Below the pieces are notes generated by a model, which was not told where the DNA came from, made no database searches, and saw only the letters and a program-made list of their open reading frames with translations. A DNA stretch of 64,000 bases, taken from assembly GCA_028716525.1 (NCBI GenBank), contig JAQUPQ010000014.1:14544-78543 (forward strand), written 5' to 3'. Of this stretch, positions 16,837-27,700 are shown piece by piece. Position 1 is the first letter of the stretch; each line of letters starts with the position of its first letter. The position numbers and the translations under genes are program-made. Source of the stretch: Terriglobia bacterium (GTDB lineage Bacteria; Acidobacteriota; Terriglobia; JAIQFV01).

Positions 16837-19305
16837 ATGGAGACCATCATTCAGGATGTTCGGCACGGTTTGCGACTCTTGCGGAAAAACCCCAGCTTCA
16901 CGTTGATTGCGATACTGACGCTGGCCTTGGGCATTGGCGCCAACACCGCCATTTTTACGGTGATCAATGCCGTTTTCTTACACCCTCTGGCCATCGAAGA
17001 TCCCTCTCGTGTGGTAGCGGTTTTCACCCACGACACGCACACCGTTCAGGCGGCCAATTTGAATCTCACTCCAAGTTCGCTTCCCAACTATGAGGATTTC
17101 CGCGATCAGAACACGGTTTTTTCGGGTCTCGCTGCTTTTTTCCCCACAGGAGTGCGATGGACGAACAACGGTGCCACAGTCGGTTTGCCCGCCATGATGA
17201 CCTCTGCCAATTATTTCGATGTTCTCGGCCTCAAACCGTTTCGTGGACGGTTTTTCTCAGCCGACGAGGACATCAAGAAAGCGGCCAATGTAGCCGTTCT
17301 CAGTTACAACTTGTGGATAAATAAATTCGGGGCTGATCCCAATCTCATCGGAAAGACCATCACACTAAACAATCTGCCCTTCACGGTGATAGGCGTGGCG
17401 CCGCAGGGATTCAAAAGCACGTTCTCGCTGGTGGGACCCGACTGGGTGTGGATGCCTCTCAGCATGCGCGATCAGCTGTTGACCGGTCCGCTGAAAACCG
17501 AGATGAACAATCGGCGCTTTCGATGGATCAACATTTTTGGCCGTTTGAAGCCCGGCGTCAGCTTGGCCCAGGCCCAGTCTTCCATGAAGATCATCGCGGC
17601 CTCTTTGGAAAAACAATTTCCCAGCTTCAATCAGGGCCGCACGGTGGAGCTCTCCGGCATTTCCGAGGCAGCCATGGGGATCAATCAACGCTCGCAATTT
17701 GTGCAGGCCGGTGTGGTGTTAATGGGAGTCGTGGGGCTGGTCTTGTTGACTGCTTGCGTCACCCTGGCCAATCTGCTGTTGGCGCAATCGGCTCAGCGTG
17801 AAAGAGAAATCAGTGTCCGGACCGCGATGGGCGCCAGCCGTGGCCGCCTTATCCGTCAGTTGCTGGTCGAAAGCATTACCCTGGCGGTATTGGGCGGGGG
17901 GGTCGGACTGTTGGTGGCATACTGGGGACGCAACGCGCTGTGGTCGTTCCGGCCGCCCTTTCTCCAGGCCGCTTCCATTGACTTGAGCTTTGATCCCAAG
18001 GTGCTGACCTTCACGGCGGTCATCTCGGTATTGACAGGAATTATCTTCGGATTGGCGCCGGCGTTAAAACTATCGCGTTCGAATTTGAATGAGATTTTGA
18101 AGCAGGGAGGGCGCAGCGGGTCGCTGGACCTCGGACACAACCGCATGCGGAGCTTGCTGGTGGTTTCCGAAATTGCGCTGGCCACGGTGGCGCTGGTCGG
18201 ATCGGGTCTTTTCATACGCAGCATGCAAGCTGCCCAGAACATGGATTTGGGATTTGACTCCAAGCACATCGGGTTCATGGGCTTGAATCCCGGAATCCAA
18301 AACTATGACCAGCCGCGAGGCGAACAGTTTTATCTCGATGCCATCGCCAAGGCACGGCTTGTTCCCGGAGTTCGAGCGGCCGCCGTTTCGCTGCTGGCCC
18401 CGCTGAATTTGAGTATCGAGTGGACCGTTTTTTCGGAAGGTGTACAACAGAACTCCGACTATCGAGGATCGTTGATTGCTTTCAATGATGTGACCCCTGG
18501 ATATTTCGATACCCTGCGCATTCCTTTCCGAAAGGGAAGAGACTTTACGGAGTTTGACCGGGATCCGGCCACGCCCATCGCCATCATTAACGAGGAAGTG
18601 GCCCGGCAGCTTTGGCCCGGCAAAGAAGCCTTGGGGAAACACTTCACGATTGTCAACCAAACGGCTCTCATCGAGGTGGTCGGCGTGGTCGCCGATTCCA
18701 CGATCGCAGCGATCGGCGAAGATCCGACGCCGATGATTTACCGTCCCATTCAGCAGGCTTACGTGCCGGGTGCCGCGTTGCTGGTGCGAACCGGAGGAGA
18801 TCCCGGAAAAGCATTGGGCGCAGTGCGCGAACAGGTCCAATCGCTCGACCGTCACATGCCGCTGCGAAATACAGGAACGGTGCAGGAAAATATTGAAGCC
18901 GGACTGTGGGCCCCTCGCATGGGTGCCGCGCTGCTCAGTATTTTTGGAGGCCTGGCAATGCTTTTGGCCCTGATTGGCGTGTACGGCGTGATGTCGTACT
19001 CGGTGGTACAGCGAACTCAAGAAATCGGCATCCGCATGGCGCTGGGCGCCAATGCCGCCGATTTGCTGCGGCTGGTCATCGGACAAGGAATGACTTTGGC
19101 AATGGTCGGATTAAGTGTGGGCGTTGTCGTGGCCTTTTCCGCGGCGCGATACATTTCCTCCCTGTTGTTCGGCATCAAGGCCAGTGATCCTGCGACCTAT
19201 GCCAGCGTGGCATTGTTATTTAGCTTGGTGGCTGTTATGGCGTGTTATGTCCCGGCGCGACGAGCGACGAAAGTCGATCCGCTGGTGGCGTTGCGGTATG
19301 AATGA
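16837..19305 (+). CDS. MacB-like ABC transporter permease: an FtsX-family, duplicated-permease protein with a MacB periplasmic core domain.
   Basis: It is 822 aa long. The N-terminal segment reads LRKNPSFTLIAILTLALGIGANTAIFTV. It has two FtsX modules and ends in the C-terminal motif CYVPARRATKVDPLVALRYE. Confidence 0.8.
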   Translation: METIIQDVRHGLRLLRKNPSFTLIAILTLALGIGANTAIFTVINAVFLHPLAIEDPSRVVAVFTHDTHTVQAANLNLTPSSLPNYEDFRDQNTVFSGLAAFFPTGVRWTNNGATVGLPAMMTSANYFDVLGLKPFRGRFFSADEDIKKAANVAVLSYNLWINKFGADPNLIGKTITLNNLPFTVIGVAPQGFKSTFSLVGPDWVWMPLSMRDQLLTGPLKTEMNNRRFRWINIFGRLKPGVSLAQAQSSMKIIAASLEKQFPSFNQGRTVELSGISEAAMGINQRSQFVQAGVVLMGVVGLVLLTACVTLANLLLAQSAQREREISVRTAMGASRGRLIRQLLVESITLAVLGGGVGLLVAYWGRNALWSFRPPFLQAASIDLSFDPKVLTFTAVISVLTGIIFGLAPALKLSRSNLNEILKQGGRSGSLDLGHNRMRSLLVVSEIALATVALVGSGLFIRSMQAAQNMDLGFDSKHIGFMGLNPGIQNYDQPRGEQFYLDAIAKARLVPGVRAAAVSLLAPLNLSIEWTVFSEGVQQNSDYRGSLIAFNDVTPGYFDTLRIPFRKGRDFTEFDRDPATPIAIINEEVARQLWPGKEALGKHFTIVNQTALIEVVGVVADSTIAAIGEDPTPMIYRPIQQAYVPGAALLVRTGGDPGKALGAVREQVQSLDRHMPLRNTGTVQENIEAGLWAPRMGAALLSIFGGLAMLLALIGVYGVMSYSVVQRTQEIGIRMALGANAADLLRLVIGQGMTLAMVGLSVGVVVAFSAARYISSLLFGIKASDPATYASVALLFSLVAVMACYVPARRATKVDPLVALRYE

Positions 19306-19306
19306 A

Positions 19307-19345
19307 AAGTGACAAGTGGCGAGTGACAAGTGGTTAGAAGTGGCC
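19307..19345. repeat. Short array of the motif (A)GTGACAAGTGG, followed by an imperfect hairpin, immediately after the first permease gene.
   Basis: The sequence AAAGTGACAAGTGGCGAGTGACAAGTGGTTAGAAGTGGCC is read directly. The same motif family occurs at 21829-21955 and 22298-22336. Confidence 0.4.
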
Positions 19346-19428
19346 TGCTGGATCTTGGATCCAGATTCTAGCCACTAACCTCTGACTTCTCAAAATCGAT
19401 CACTTCGGTCCAGTCCCCGGAGCAACTC

Positions 19429-21819
19429 ATGAACCCACTTTGGCAAGATTTTCGTTACGGAATTCGGATTCTAATCAAGTCGCCGGGCTTCCTGGCCATT
19501 GCAGTGTTTACGTTGGCCTTGGGCATTGGCGCCAACACCGCCTTATTTAGTGTCCTCAACACCTATTTGTTCCACTCGTTGCCTTATCCACGGTCTGACA
19601 GGTTGGTCCAAGTGTACCGGACCTCTCCGTTTTCACAAAGTTGGCCGCATTCGGCGGCGAACTTCTTGGATTTGAGCACAAAAAATAGTGTGCTTGAGGA
19701 AATGGCGGCGCTTCATTGGACGCAGCCTACACTGATCGAAAAAGGGGAATATGCGGAAAGCCTGAAAGGCTTAGAAGTCTCGGCTGGTTTTTTTCCGACC
19801 TTCGGTGTTCAGCCGGAGTTGGGACGCGTATTCACTCCCGAAGAAGATCGCCCCGGCCCGAACCTGGTGGCCGTTCTGAGTCATCGGTTCTGGCAACACC
19901 GATTCGGAGGCGATCCCAACATATTGGGAAGGATGCTTAAGCTGGATGGGGGGAGTGTGAAGGTGATCGGAGTGATGCCGCCGCAATTCGAGCAACCCCT
20001 TCTGTTTGGCAATGTGGATGTGTGGCGGCCGATTGATTTCAGCGCTGAGCGTCGGCAGAATCGCCACAATAATTATTTGAGTGCCATTGGACGATTGAAG
20101 CCGGGCGTGACGGTGGAGCAGGCCCAGGATTCCATGGTCAGGCTGTTCGCCGGGATTGCCAGCGCCAATTCCTCCAATCAAGGTGAGAGTCTCCGGCTCC
20201 AACCGTTGCAGCGATCCATGTCGGATGATCTCGGGCGCACCGTCATGTGGTACAGCTTCGGCCTCTCCGGATTCTTGCTGCTGATTGCTTGCGCCAATCT
20301 GGCCAATCTTCAGCTCGTGCGTTTGTCGGCGCGAACTCGTGAATATGGCGTGCGGGCGGCCTTGGGAGCGGGAAGGTTCCGTCTGGTGCGTCAATGTCTT
20401 ATCGAAAACCTGATTGTCGCGACTCTCGGCGGCGGGCTCAGTCTGTTAATTGCGGAATGGGGTGTTTCGTTTATCAGCCTGCGTCTATTCAGCGAGCTTC
20501 CGGGTGCTCAGATCGTGCTCGATTATCGCGTCTTTGGTTTCGCGATGCTGTGTTCGATGGTGACCGGCTTGATGTTCGGGACTGTACCCGCCTGGTTGTC
20601 GACCCGTCTCGACCTGAATCAGGTGTTAAAAGAGAATCTGCGCGGAGCGATCTCGGTTTCACACCATCGTTTGCGTCACGCGCTCATCATTGGCGAAGTG
20701 GCTTTGGCGTTGATCCTACTGGCGGGTGGGGGCTTGTTTCTGCGAGGTTTGCAACAATTTACCCAACACGATGCCGGCTGGCAAGTGGATGGCTTGTTGA
20801 CGGCACAAATCGGAATGCCCAAGGACACGAGTTTTTATCGGCAGCTCGAAGATCGGCTCCGCGCGATTCCGGGTGTCAAGCACGTGGCCCTTTCTGTTTC
20901 CTTGCCGGTTTGGGGATTCAACAGCAGCGGTGGGGGCAGGGCCGATGGACAACCGGAACCGAGACCCGGGCAATGGCCGGAGATTTTTTACGAGCCGGTA
21001 AGCCCAAGCTACTTTGAAACACTGGGAGTTCGCCTGATCGCCGGCCGTACCTTTAATGAATCGGATACCGCCAATAACGTGCCTGTTCTCATAGTCAACG
21101 AAAGGCTGGCGCGCCTTTTCTGGCCGCACGAAAGCGCCATCGGCAAACGTATCATGCCCCAGGGGGATACGAATTGGTGGGAAATCATCGGGGTCGTGAA
21201 CGACATGAGATTTCCAAGCCACATAGAAAAATCCTACACCGATCTTGAAGCCTTCCTACTCCTGGCGCAAGCTCCATTACATCAAGTCAACATCTTTCTG
21301 CGAACGTCTGTTCCTCCTGAGACCCTGGCCAATCAATTGCGTGGCGCAGTAGCGGCCCTCGACCCCAACCAGCCAGTTCAGCAAATTCGCACCGTGCGGA
21401 GTTGGGTTGATTTGGGACTCGGCAACATAACGCTTCTCGGCGCATTGCTCGGAGCCTTTGCGGTCCTCGGATTAGTGTTGGCTGCGGTGGGAATTTACGG
21501 GGTGATTTCCTATGCGGTGGCCCAACGGACCAATGAAATTGGGATTCGGATGGCACTGGGTGCGCCGCCAGGCATCTTGTTATGGCTGATTCTTAGCAAG
21601 GGGGCCCGCTTGGTCTTGTGGGGAACAGCGCTCGGTTATGGAGGCGCGTACGTTGTGGCGCGCTTGTTAATGGCAACTATTCCTACATTGCCGACACGAG
21701 ATCCACTGGCGCTGGCGGGAATCACCTTCGCCCTATTTGCCGTGGCCCTACTCGCTTGCTATCTCCCGGCGCGACGCGCCACCAAGGTTGATCCGATGGT
21801 GGCGCTGAGATATGAGTAG
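19429..21819 (+). CDS. MacB-like ABC transporter permease (FtsX-family duplicated permease), a tandem paralog of the upstream gene.
   Basis: It is 796 aa long. It starts MNPLWQDFRYGIRILIKSPGFLAIAVFTLALGIGANTALFSV and ends CYLPARRATKVDPMVALRYE. Confidence 0.8.
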   Translation: MNPLWQDFRYGIRILIKSPGFLAIAVFTLALGIGANTALFSVLNTYLFHSLPYPRSDRLVQVYRTSPFSQSWPHSAANFLDLSTKNSVLEEMAALHWTQPTLIEKGEYAESLKGLEVSAGFFPTFGVQPELGRVFTPEEDRPGPNLVAVLSHRFWQHRFGGDPNILGRMLKLDGGSVKVIGVMPPQFEQPLLFGNVDVWRPIDFSAERRQNRHNNYLSAIGRLKPGVTVEQAQDSMVRLFAGIASANSSNQGESLRLQPLQRSMSDDLGRTVMWYSFGLSGFLLLIACANLANLQLVRLSARTREYGVRAALGAGRFRLVRQCLIENLIVATLGGGLSLLIAEWGVSFISLRLFSELPGAQIVLDYRVFGFAMLCSMVTGLMFGTVPAWLSTRLDLNQVLKENLRGAISVSHHRLRHALIIGEVALALILLAGGGLFLRGLQQFTQHDAGWQVDGLLTAQIGMPKDTSFYRQLEDRLRAIPGVKHVALSVSLPVWGFNSSGGGRADGQPEPRPGQWPEIFYEPVSPSYFETLGVRLIAGRTFNESDTANNVPVLIVNERLARLFWPHESAIGKRIMPQGDTNWWEIIGVVNDMRFPSHIEKSYTDLEAFLLLAQAPLHQVNIFLRTSVPPETLANQLRGAVAALDPNQPVQQIRTVRSWVDLGLGNITLLGALLGAFAVLGLVLAAVGIYGVISYAVAQRTNEIGIRMALGAPPGILLWLILSKGARLVLWGTALGYGGAYVVARLLMATIPTLPTRDPLALAGITFALFAVALLACYLPARRATKVDPMVALRYE

Positions 21820-21828
21820 CAGGGGGCA

Positions 21829-22336
21829 GTGACAAGTGGTGAGTGAAGAGGAACCAGTGACGAGTGTGGAGTGACAAGTGACGAGAGAATAGTGATTAGT
21901 GGTTAGTGACCAGTGACAAGAGAACAGTGATCAGTGGTTAGTGACAAGTGGTTAGAGGCAGTTCTTCATGCGCCGATGGCTCGGGGACCCGAGAGCATGA
22001 AAATGATGAGGACCGATTCGGTTAGGCCCGGAGGGCCGGTTTGAGGGTAGCCCGCCCGCAGGGCGGGGCATTTCCCATCGCGAGGCGGAAATCATGCTGT
22101 GCAGGACGAATTTTGAATTTCGGTTTGCAAACACCGCAGCCGAGTCCCGATACGTCGGGACGAAGGCTGCGCTACCCAAACGACCACGGTTCCCCATTTT
22201 CGGAGCAGTGGTAATCGAACTTGGGCCAGAATGTTTTCATGCATCTGACGGATTTTTTCTTCTTCGCCCCGCAGCTCCATTCAGGTGGTTGAATTCTCTC
22301 GTCACTGGTCACTAACCACTGGTCACTAATCACTGC
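21829..22336. repeat. Composite MITE-like element. A left array of about 127 bp of GTGACAAGTG/TTAGTGACCAGTG motifs faces an inverted right array (GTCACTGGTCACTAACCACTGGTCACTAA). Between them lie about 340 bp containing hairpin modules of the dispersed repeat family.
   Basis: The arrays at 21829-21955 and 22298-22336 are read directly in opposite orientation. The internal hairpins (e.g. GCCCGCCCGCAGGGCGGGGC, and TTCTTCATGC...GCATGAAAA) are shared with 46.46-46.5 kb. The right end abuts the ROK gene stop. Confidence 0.4.
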
Positions 22337-23295
22337 ATGCTAAGAGCGGCAGCGCCGGCAATGCCGGCATCGGTTCCATATTTTGCTTTCACCAAAGGAA
22401 TCTCAGTGCACCGCGGATTGATGGACCACTGCGGCAATTGTTCTTGAATGCGTTTGAAGAATTCGCTCATTAACTCGCCTACGCCGCCTCCAACAACGAT
22501 GACATCCGGTTCCAGGATATCAATAACATTGCCGAGCCAAACGGTAAGCAGATCGGCACTTTCCTCCAAAACCTCTTTGGCCAAATCGTCCCCGCGGTGA
22601 AATGCGGCGCCGACATGTTCGGTGGTGATTTGGTCAACGCGCCCGGAAGCGAGCTCGATCAGCGTCTTTGCCCTGGGGTCCGATATTGCAATCTTGGATC
22701 GGGCTCTTGCCGCAATGGCGGGGCCGGAAGCCAGCGCTTCGATGCATCCTCGCTTTCCACAACCGCATTGGGGCCCGCGAAAGTCGATCGAAAGATGCCC
22801 GGCTTCTACGGCATTTCCGGTTCGCCCGCGATAAATTCGTTTTCCAAGAACAAGGCCCGTCCCGATGCCGGTTCCGATCGTGGCATAAAAGATATTTTGA
22901 TAATTTTGTCCTGCCCCCCAAATAGCCTCGGCCAGCGCCGCCGCATTGGCATCGTTATCGATCTTAGCCGTGATTCCAAAGGAACGTTGAATCTCCGCGG
23001 CCAAGGGAAAATTTCTCCAGCAAGGAAGGTTGGGCGGATTCACCACGACCCCTGTGTTTTGATCCAAAGGACCCGGAGAGCACACTCCAATCCCGTGGAG
23101 TTGGTCCCGGGCCGCAGGGTGGGCTTTGAAGACGGCCTCGATAGCTTCCCTGACGGAGGAAAAACCCTGAGCTGCAGTTCCAGTCACATTCATCAATGCT
23201 GCGGTTCGGAACAGGATTTTTCCGTTGGGGTCTATCAACCCCGCAGCCACTTTCGTGCCGCCAATGTCCACACCCAAAAATGCTTTTTCCGACAT
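22330..23295 (-). CDS. ROK-family sugar kinase (glucokinase/N-acetylhexosamine kinase-like).
   Basis: It has the N-terminal ATP-binding motif LGVDIGGTKVAAGL and the ROK zinc motif CGCGKRGCIEALASG. Confidence 0.8.
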   Translation of the reverse strand: MSEKAFLGVDIGGTKVAAGLIDPNGKILFRTAALMNVTGTAAQGFSSVREAIEAVFKAHPAARDQLHGIGVCSPGPLDQNTGVVVNPPNLPCWRNFPLAAEIQRSFGITAKIDNDANAAALAEAIWGAGQNYQNIFYATIGTGIGTGLVLGKRIYRGRTGNAVEAGHLSIDFRGPQCGCGKRGCIEALASGPAIAARARSKIAISDPRAKTLIELASGRVDQITTEHVGAAFHRGDDLAKEVLEESADLLTVWLGNVIDILEPDVIVVGGGVGELMSEFFKRIQEQLPQWSINPRCTEIPLVKAKYGTDAGIAGAAALSMQ

Positions 23296-23362
23296 GAAAT
23301 TAATTGGGAATTGAGGTCAAATAACTTCGCCAAGAAGAAAACCGAGTCATTCGACGACTAGA

Positions 23363-24691
23363 TCAACTGATTTTCATTCGCCGTTGCATTTCCTCCAGCG
23401 ACACGCCCTTCGTTTCCGGAAAGACAAACAAAACGACGAAGAATTGAACCACCATCATGAACGAGAAGAACATAAACGGATAAGCGCCCGACGAAGCCGC
23501 CATTGCCGGAAACGTCCAGGAGATGATGGCGTTCATAATCCAATGGGAAAAACTTCCGAGGCTTTGCCCCCGGGCTCGCACTCGATTGGGAAAGACTTCG
23601 CTCAGATATACCCAAATCACGGCGCCCTGAGAGAACGCAAAGGAGGCAATGAAACCCACCAACAACCACACCAGAAGATTTTCGTGTTGTTTCGTAAAAA
23701 AAATCGCCGAGACACCCGCCAGGCTGACTGCCATGCCGACGGAGCCGATGAGCAAAAGTGTTTTTCGTCCAATCTTGTCAATGACGGCCATGGCCAGGAT
23801 CGTGAACAGGAGATTGGTGGCTCCAATGGCCACCGCCTGGAGATCGCCCGACATCTTGCTGAACCCGGCGTGCTCAAAAATGTCATTCAAATAGTAAAGG
23901 ATGGCATTGATGCCCGAGAGTTGATTGAGAAGCGCCAGAGAAACCGCCAACAGGATCGGGAAAGCATACTTCCGGGAAAGCAAAGCTTCCTGCCCGTGAC
24001 CATGTTCCAGATCGATCGATTCCACGATGGCTTGAAGCTCCCGTTCAGAGCTTTCGGGTAAAGTGCGATTCAAAACCTCCCGCGCCTCTTCGATTCTCCC
24101 TCTGCCCACCAGCCAACGCGGACTTCGAGGTATGGCAAAGAGCCAGACTAAAAACAGGGCGGCCGGGACGGCCGAAATTCCGAGTTTCCAGCGCCATTCC
24201 AAGGATCCGAGCCCCATTAAACCGATGACATAATTCGAAAAGTAAGCCAGCAGAATTCCAGCTACGATGTTGAATTGAAAGAACCCCACCAACCGACCAC
24301 GCCACTTGGCCGGAGCGATTTCAGCAATGTACATCGGCCCAAGCACGGAGGAGCCGCCGATTCCGAGTCCTCCGATGAAGCGGAAGAAAACCACGGCCGG
24401 CCAATTCCACGCGAAGGCGCAACCCAACGCCGAGGCCAGATAAAGGACAGCCATCACCCGCAAACTGTCGCGCCGACCAAAACGATCTCCCGGGATGCCC
24501 GCAAAAAGAGACCCTATCACTGTGCCCCAGAGTGCGGCTGCGACCGTCAAACCCAACATGCCGGGCGAAAGGTCGTATATGAACGTGAGAGCGTGCGTGG
24601 TTCCGGAGATCACCGCCGTATCGAACCCAAACAACAATCCGCCCAATCCTGCCACCACCGTGCTTTTAATCAGAAAAGCGTTGGGTTTCAC
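23363..24691 (-). CDS. MFS sugar porter (sugar:H+ symporter family).
   Basis: It has twelve transmembrane segments, GRR motifs (PGDRFGRRDSLRV) and the sugar-porter motif PETKGVSLEEMQ. Confidence 0.8.
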   Translation of the reverse strand: MKPNAFLIKSTVVAGLGGLLFGFDTAVISGTTHALTFIYDLSPGMLGLTVAAALWGTVIGSLFAGIPGDRFGRRDSLRVMAVLYLASALGCAFAWNWPAVVFFRFIGGLGIGGSSVLGPMYIAEIAPAKWRGRLVGFFQFNIVAGILLAYFSNYVIGLMGLGSLEWRWKLGISAVPAALFLVWLFAIPRSPRWLVGRGRIEEAREVLNRTLPESSERELQAIVESIDLEHGHGQEALLSRKYAFPILLAVSLALLNQLSGINAILYYLNDIFEHAGFSKMSGDLQAVAIGATNLLFTILAMAVIDKIGRKTLLLIGSVGMAVSLAGVSAIFFTKQHENLLVWLLVGFIASFAFSQGAVIWVYLSEVFPNRVRARGQSLGSFSHWIMNAIISWTFPAMAASSGAYPFMFFSFMMVVQFFVVLFVFPETKGVSLEEMQRRMKIS

Positions 24692-24757
24692 TCGGGAGTC
24701 CTTTCGTGATTCCGATTGTGAAAGTACTGTGCAGAAATTTGGCTCGACGTGAAATCT

Positions 24758-27700
24758 CTATTTTGCAGTTCGGGTCAAGGTGTCAAACAAGGGTTGAACG
24801 GGATGCACTTCGTCGCCCTCATTGGAAACGGTCATGGCCAGGATTCGGATCTTGTCATTATAGGGCAAGGTCACTGTCTTGGCATTCGCGGGAACAGCGA
24901 GATCGTATGCAAAAAGATAAACATACGCGTACGGCTCGTTGGCGCCGTCGGCGGTGTGATGGTGAGTGGCAAACCAAGCGACCGGCGCAGGCTTGACGAA
25001 CCCGGGCGTCAGCCCGGCAAATTCTTGTGTGGTGCGGGGACGCTCCAAGCGATCTCGGAGGTCTTCGAGTTGTGCGACGCGATGAGTGTCTCCTCGAGCG
25101 GTGGCTTGCTTCAAAGCCTCCTCCACTTGGGCTTCGCGCTGTTTGAGCCGGGACGCTTGCTCTTCGGTCAAGGGCGGCGCTGGAATGGTTTTCCAAATCC
25201 GGTTGTCCCACTGTCCTATGAAACCTTGCCAATCTTGAATCGTGACGCCCACCTGTTTTTGGCCGAAAAGGAAAGAAGCTTCTTGATCTCCTTCCGCGGA
25301 AGCGGCCAGAATAAATAAATGGGTGGTCTTTCCAGCGGGAAATGGAATTGTTTGGCCTTTTGCGATCAAAGCGTCGGGGACGGATGTGGCGGGAGCGGCG
25401 AGTTGAAAGTGGATGTCGCCGTAAGCAATATCCGTAGGCAACTGTTCAGCCGGCAAAGCGCGGCCGACGGAATCGAAGCCCGGCGCGGATTTTGAGCCGT
25501 CGGCGCTGGCCGCGGCCAGATCATAAGTCAGTTTAATCGAGTGCCACTCGGGCGCAGCCGTCATGGTGCGAGGAGACTCCAGCTTCAAGGCAAACGTCCG
25601 CGGCTGATAAGGTCCAAACGGAGTCACCAGTGCGCCGTTTGAAACGGTAGCCGGCCCTACGGCCTCTTCAGCACCATTCACTTCGCGGGCTGAGATGATC
25701 GGAGCGGAAAAAGCAACGCGGACATCGGGCTGCGGCTCGCCTCCCATTTCCACCATTCGAACGATGATTTCCTTGCCGGCTTCCGCTCTCTTCAATGCGA
25801 GGACGCGAATGCGTTCATTGTTCACCTTGATCAGCGAAAACTCCTTGCCCAAAAATCCGGTGTGCTTGGGACTTTCAAAAGCAATCAAAGGTTGATTCAG
25901 ACGGTAGGCCTCCCAATCGGTTTGGGCGGCCCGGTAATCACCGCCATGTGAAGCCAGGCCGTAAGTCATTTCATGATGACCCCAATCTTGAGTCGCTTGA
26001 TCACTGTAATATTGGCCGTTCCCGGTTCCGATTCCGGGCGTGCGGAGCAAGGTCAACTGCAGTGTGTTGTCGGAGGGTTTGTCGGATCCATTCTTGCAAT
26101 CGGAAAGAATCGTTACGCCGAACGAACCGGATCGATCGGTGAGATCGAACCATTGATGAGAAGGGAATTCGAACATCTTCTCATCGTCGTTGTGGCGCCG
26201 GATAGTTCCAATATCCCAGTTGTAGGTCGCCAAAGCATTCGTTGCCACCAGGGGAAACACGGCTTTCAAATTGCTGGCGCCGGTTTTCCAGTCGATGGTG
26301 TTTACAAACTCCAAACGATTGCCGGCGTCGCCCTCGGACAGACGAATGATTTGAATAAATTTCGACCCCTCCGCTTCGCGCTCCACGCGGATGGCGATAC
26401 GGGCGGCGCCGTTCTCAACAATCTGAGTTCTTGCCGGTCCACCGACGTAAGCGCGGGGCGGCTTCTGCTGGTCTGCCCAATCCATATTCCAGGCCGGCCA
26501 GTCCACGGGTCTGTCGAGCTTGAAGGCCAGGCGGATCGGCGCCGATAGAATCTCTCTCTTGAGATTCTTATCGAAAATGCTCGAGACATCGCCCTGGCCA
26601 TCCAATTTCACCAGATAACGGGCATTCTCGAGTGAAGATTCAGTGACCCGGAGGTGCGAAGGTGCAGGCGATTCGGCGCTCTGAACGTCGAAAACAGAAA
26701 AACCTACGGAAGGAACTTTCGCAAGAAACAGAACTTTCCCGGCCGACACCTGCGACGGAACCTCTTTTCCATCCGGTCCCACCACTCGAACGGCTTTGGG
26801 CATTCCTTGAGGGAAAGAGATGTGCGCTTCGACAACATCCTGTCTTTCAATGTTCAACGGATTGAGAACCACGATGGCGATTCCGGGCCCTTCCGTGTTG
26901 AGAGAAGACGCCGCAGAATTCACGCCGCTCCTCAATACGGTGGCGAACTGATTCATCGCCAGGACTTGATCGTTCCATGAGTATTCATAGGCTTTGGGGA
27001 TACTGGTGCCGGGAATGATGTCGTGAAACTGGCCGCCCATCACCAAGGTCCAGGCATGATTGAGCCGCTCCAACGGATACGCCCGACCCGTCAGCCAGGA
27101 AGCTGCCACAGACGCTTCCTCGGCGGCATCCGCAAGCAATTCATTCTTGCGATTCCAGCGTTTCATATAGGCTTCCGAGGTCAGCGAACCCGCGGAGTGT
27201 TCCGTTAATTCGAGATCGCCCTTGTAACGCGGCATTCGAGTTGTTTGGTCCGGACGGATGTCGAGAAACATTTGTTCGGCAGTCGACTGGATGATATGGA
27301 GTGGGCCGTCTCCCACCAGGACGGGCGAGCCCGGTGGTGGGGGTTCTTCGAGCAGCCGTGAAAAGTCCAGGCGCTGACGCGGTGGAGGCAGCACCGTTTT
27401 GCTTTTGGTGAGAATCGCTTCCATCATTTTCACCGACGATTCCCGGGGCGCGCCGCCGATGTCGCCCGTGCCGTAATATCGATAATCCACAAACAGGCCG
27501 CTGGCTTCGCCATCCTTCTGAACCCGCTTGGGCCAGTCGATGGGATTATTTCGAGCGTTGGAATCGGTTGGCGGCGGAGGGCTCTTACTGATATCTTCCG
27601 TGATGTCGCCCGAGTAATCGGTGGCATTCAACGCCGCGATCACGCCCCGACCATCCGGTCCGTCCCAAATTCCTACATTGAAAGGAATTCCAACAGGAGT

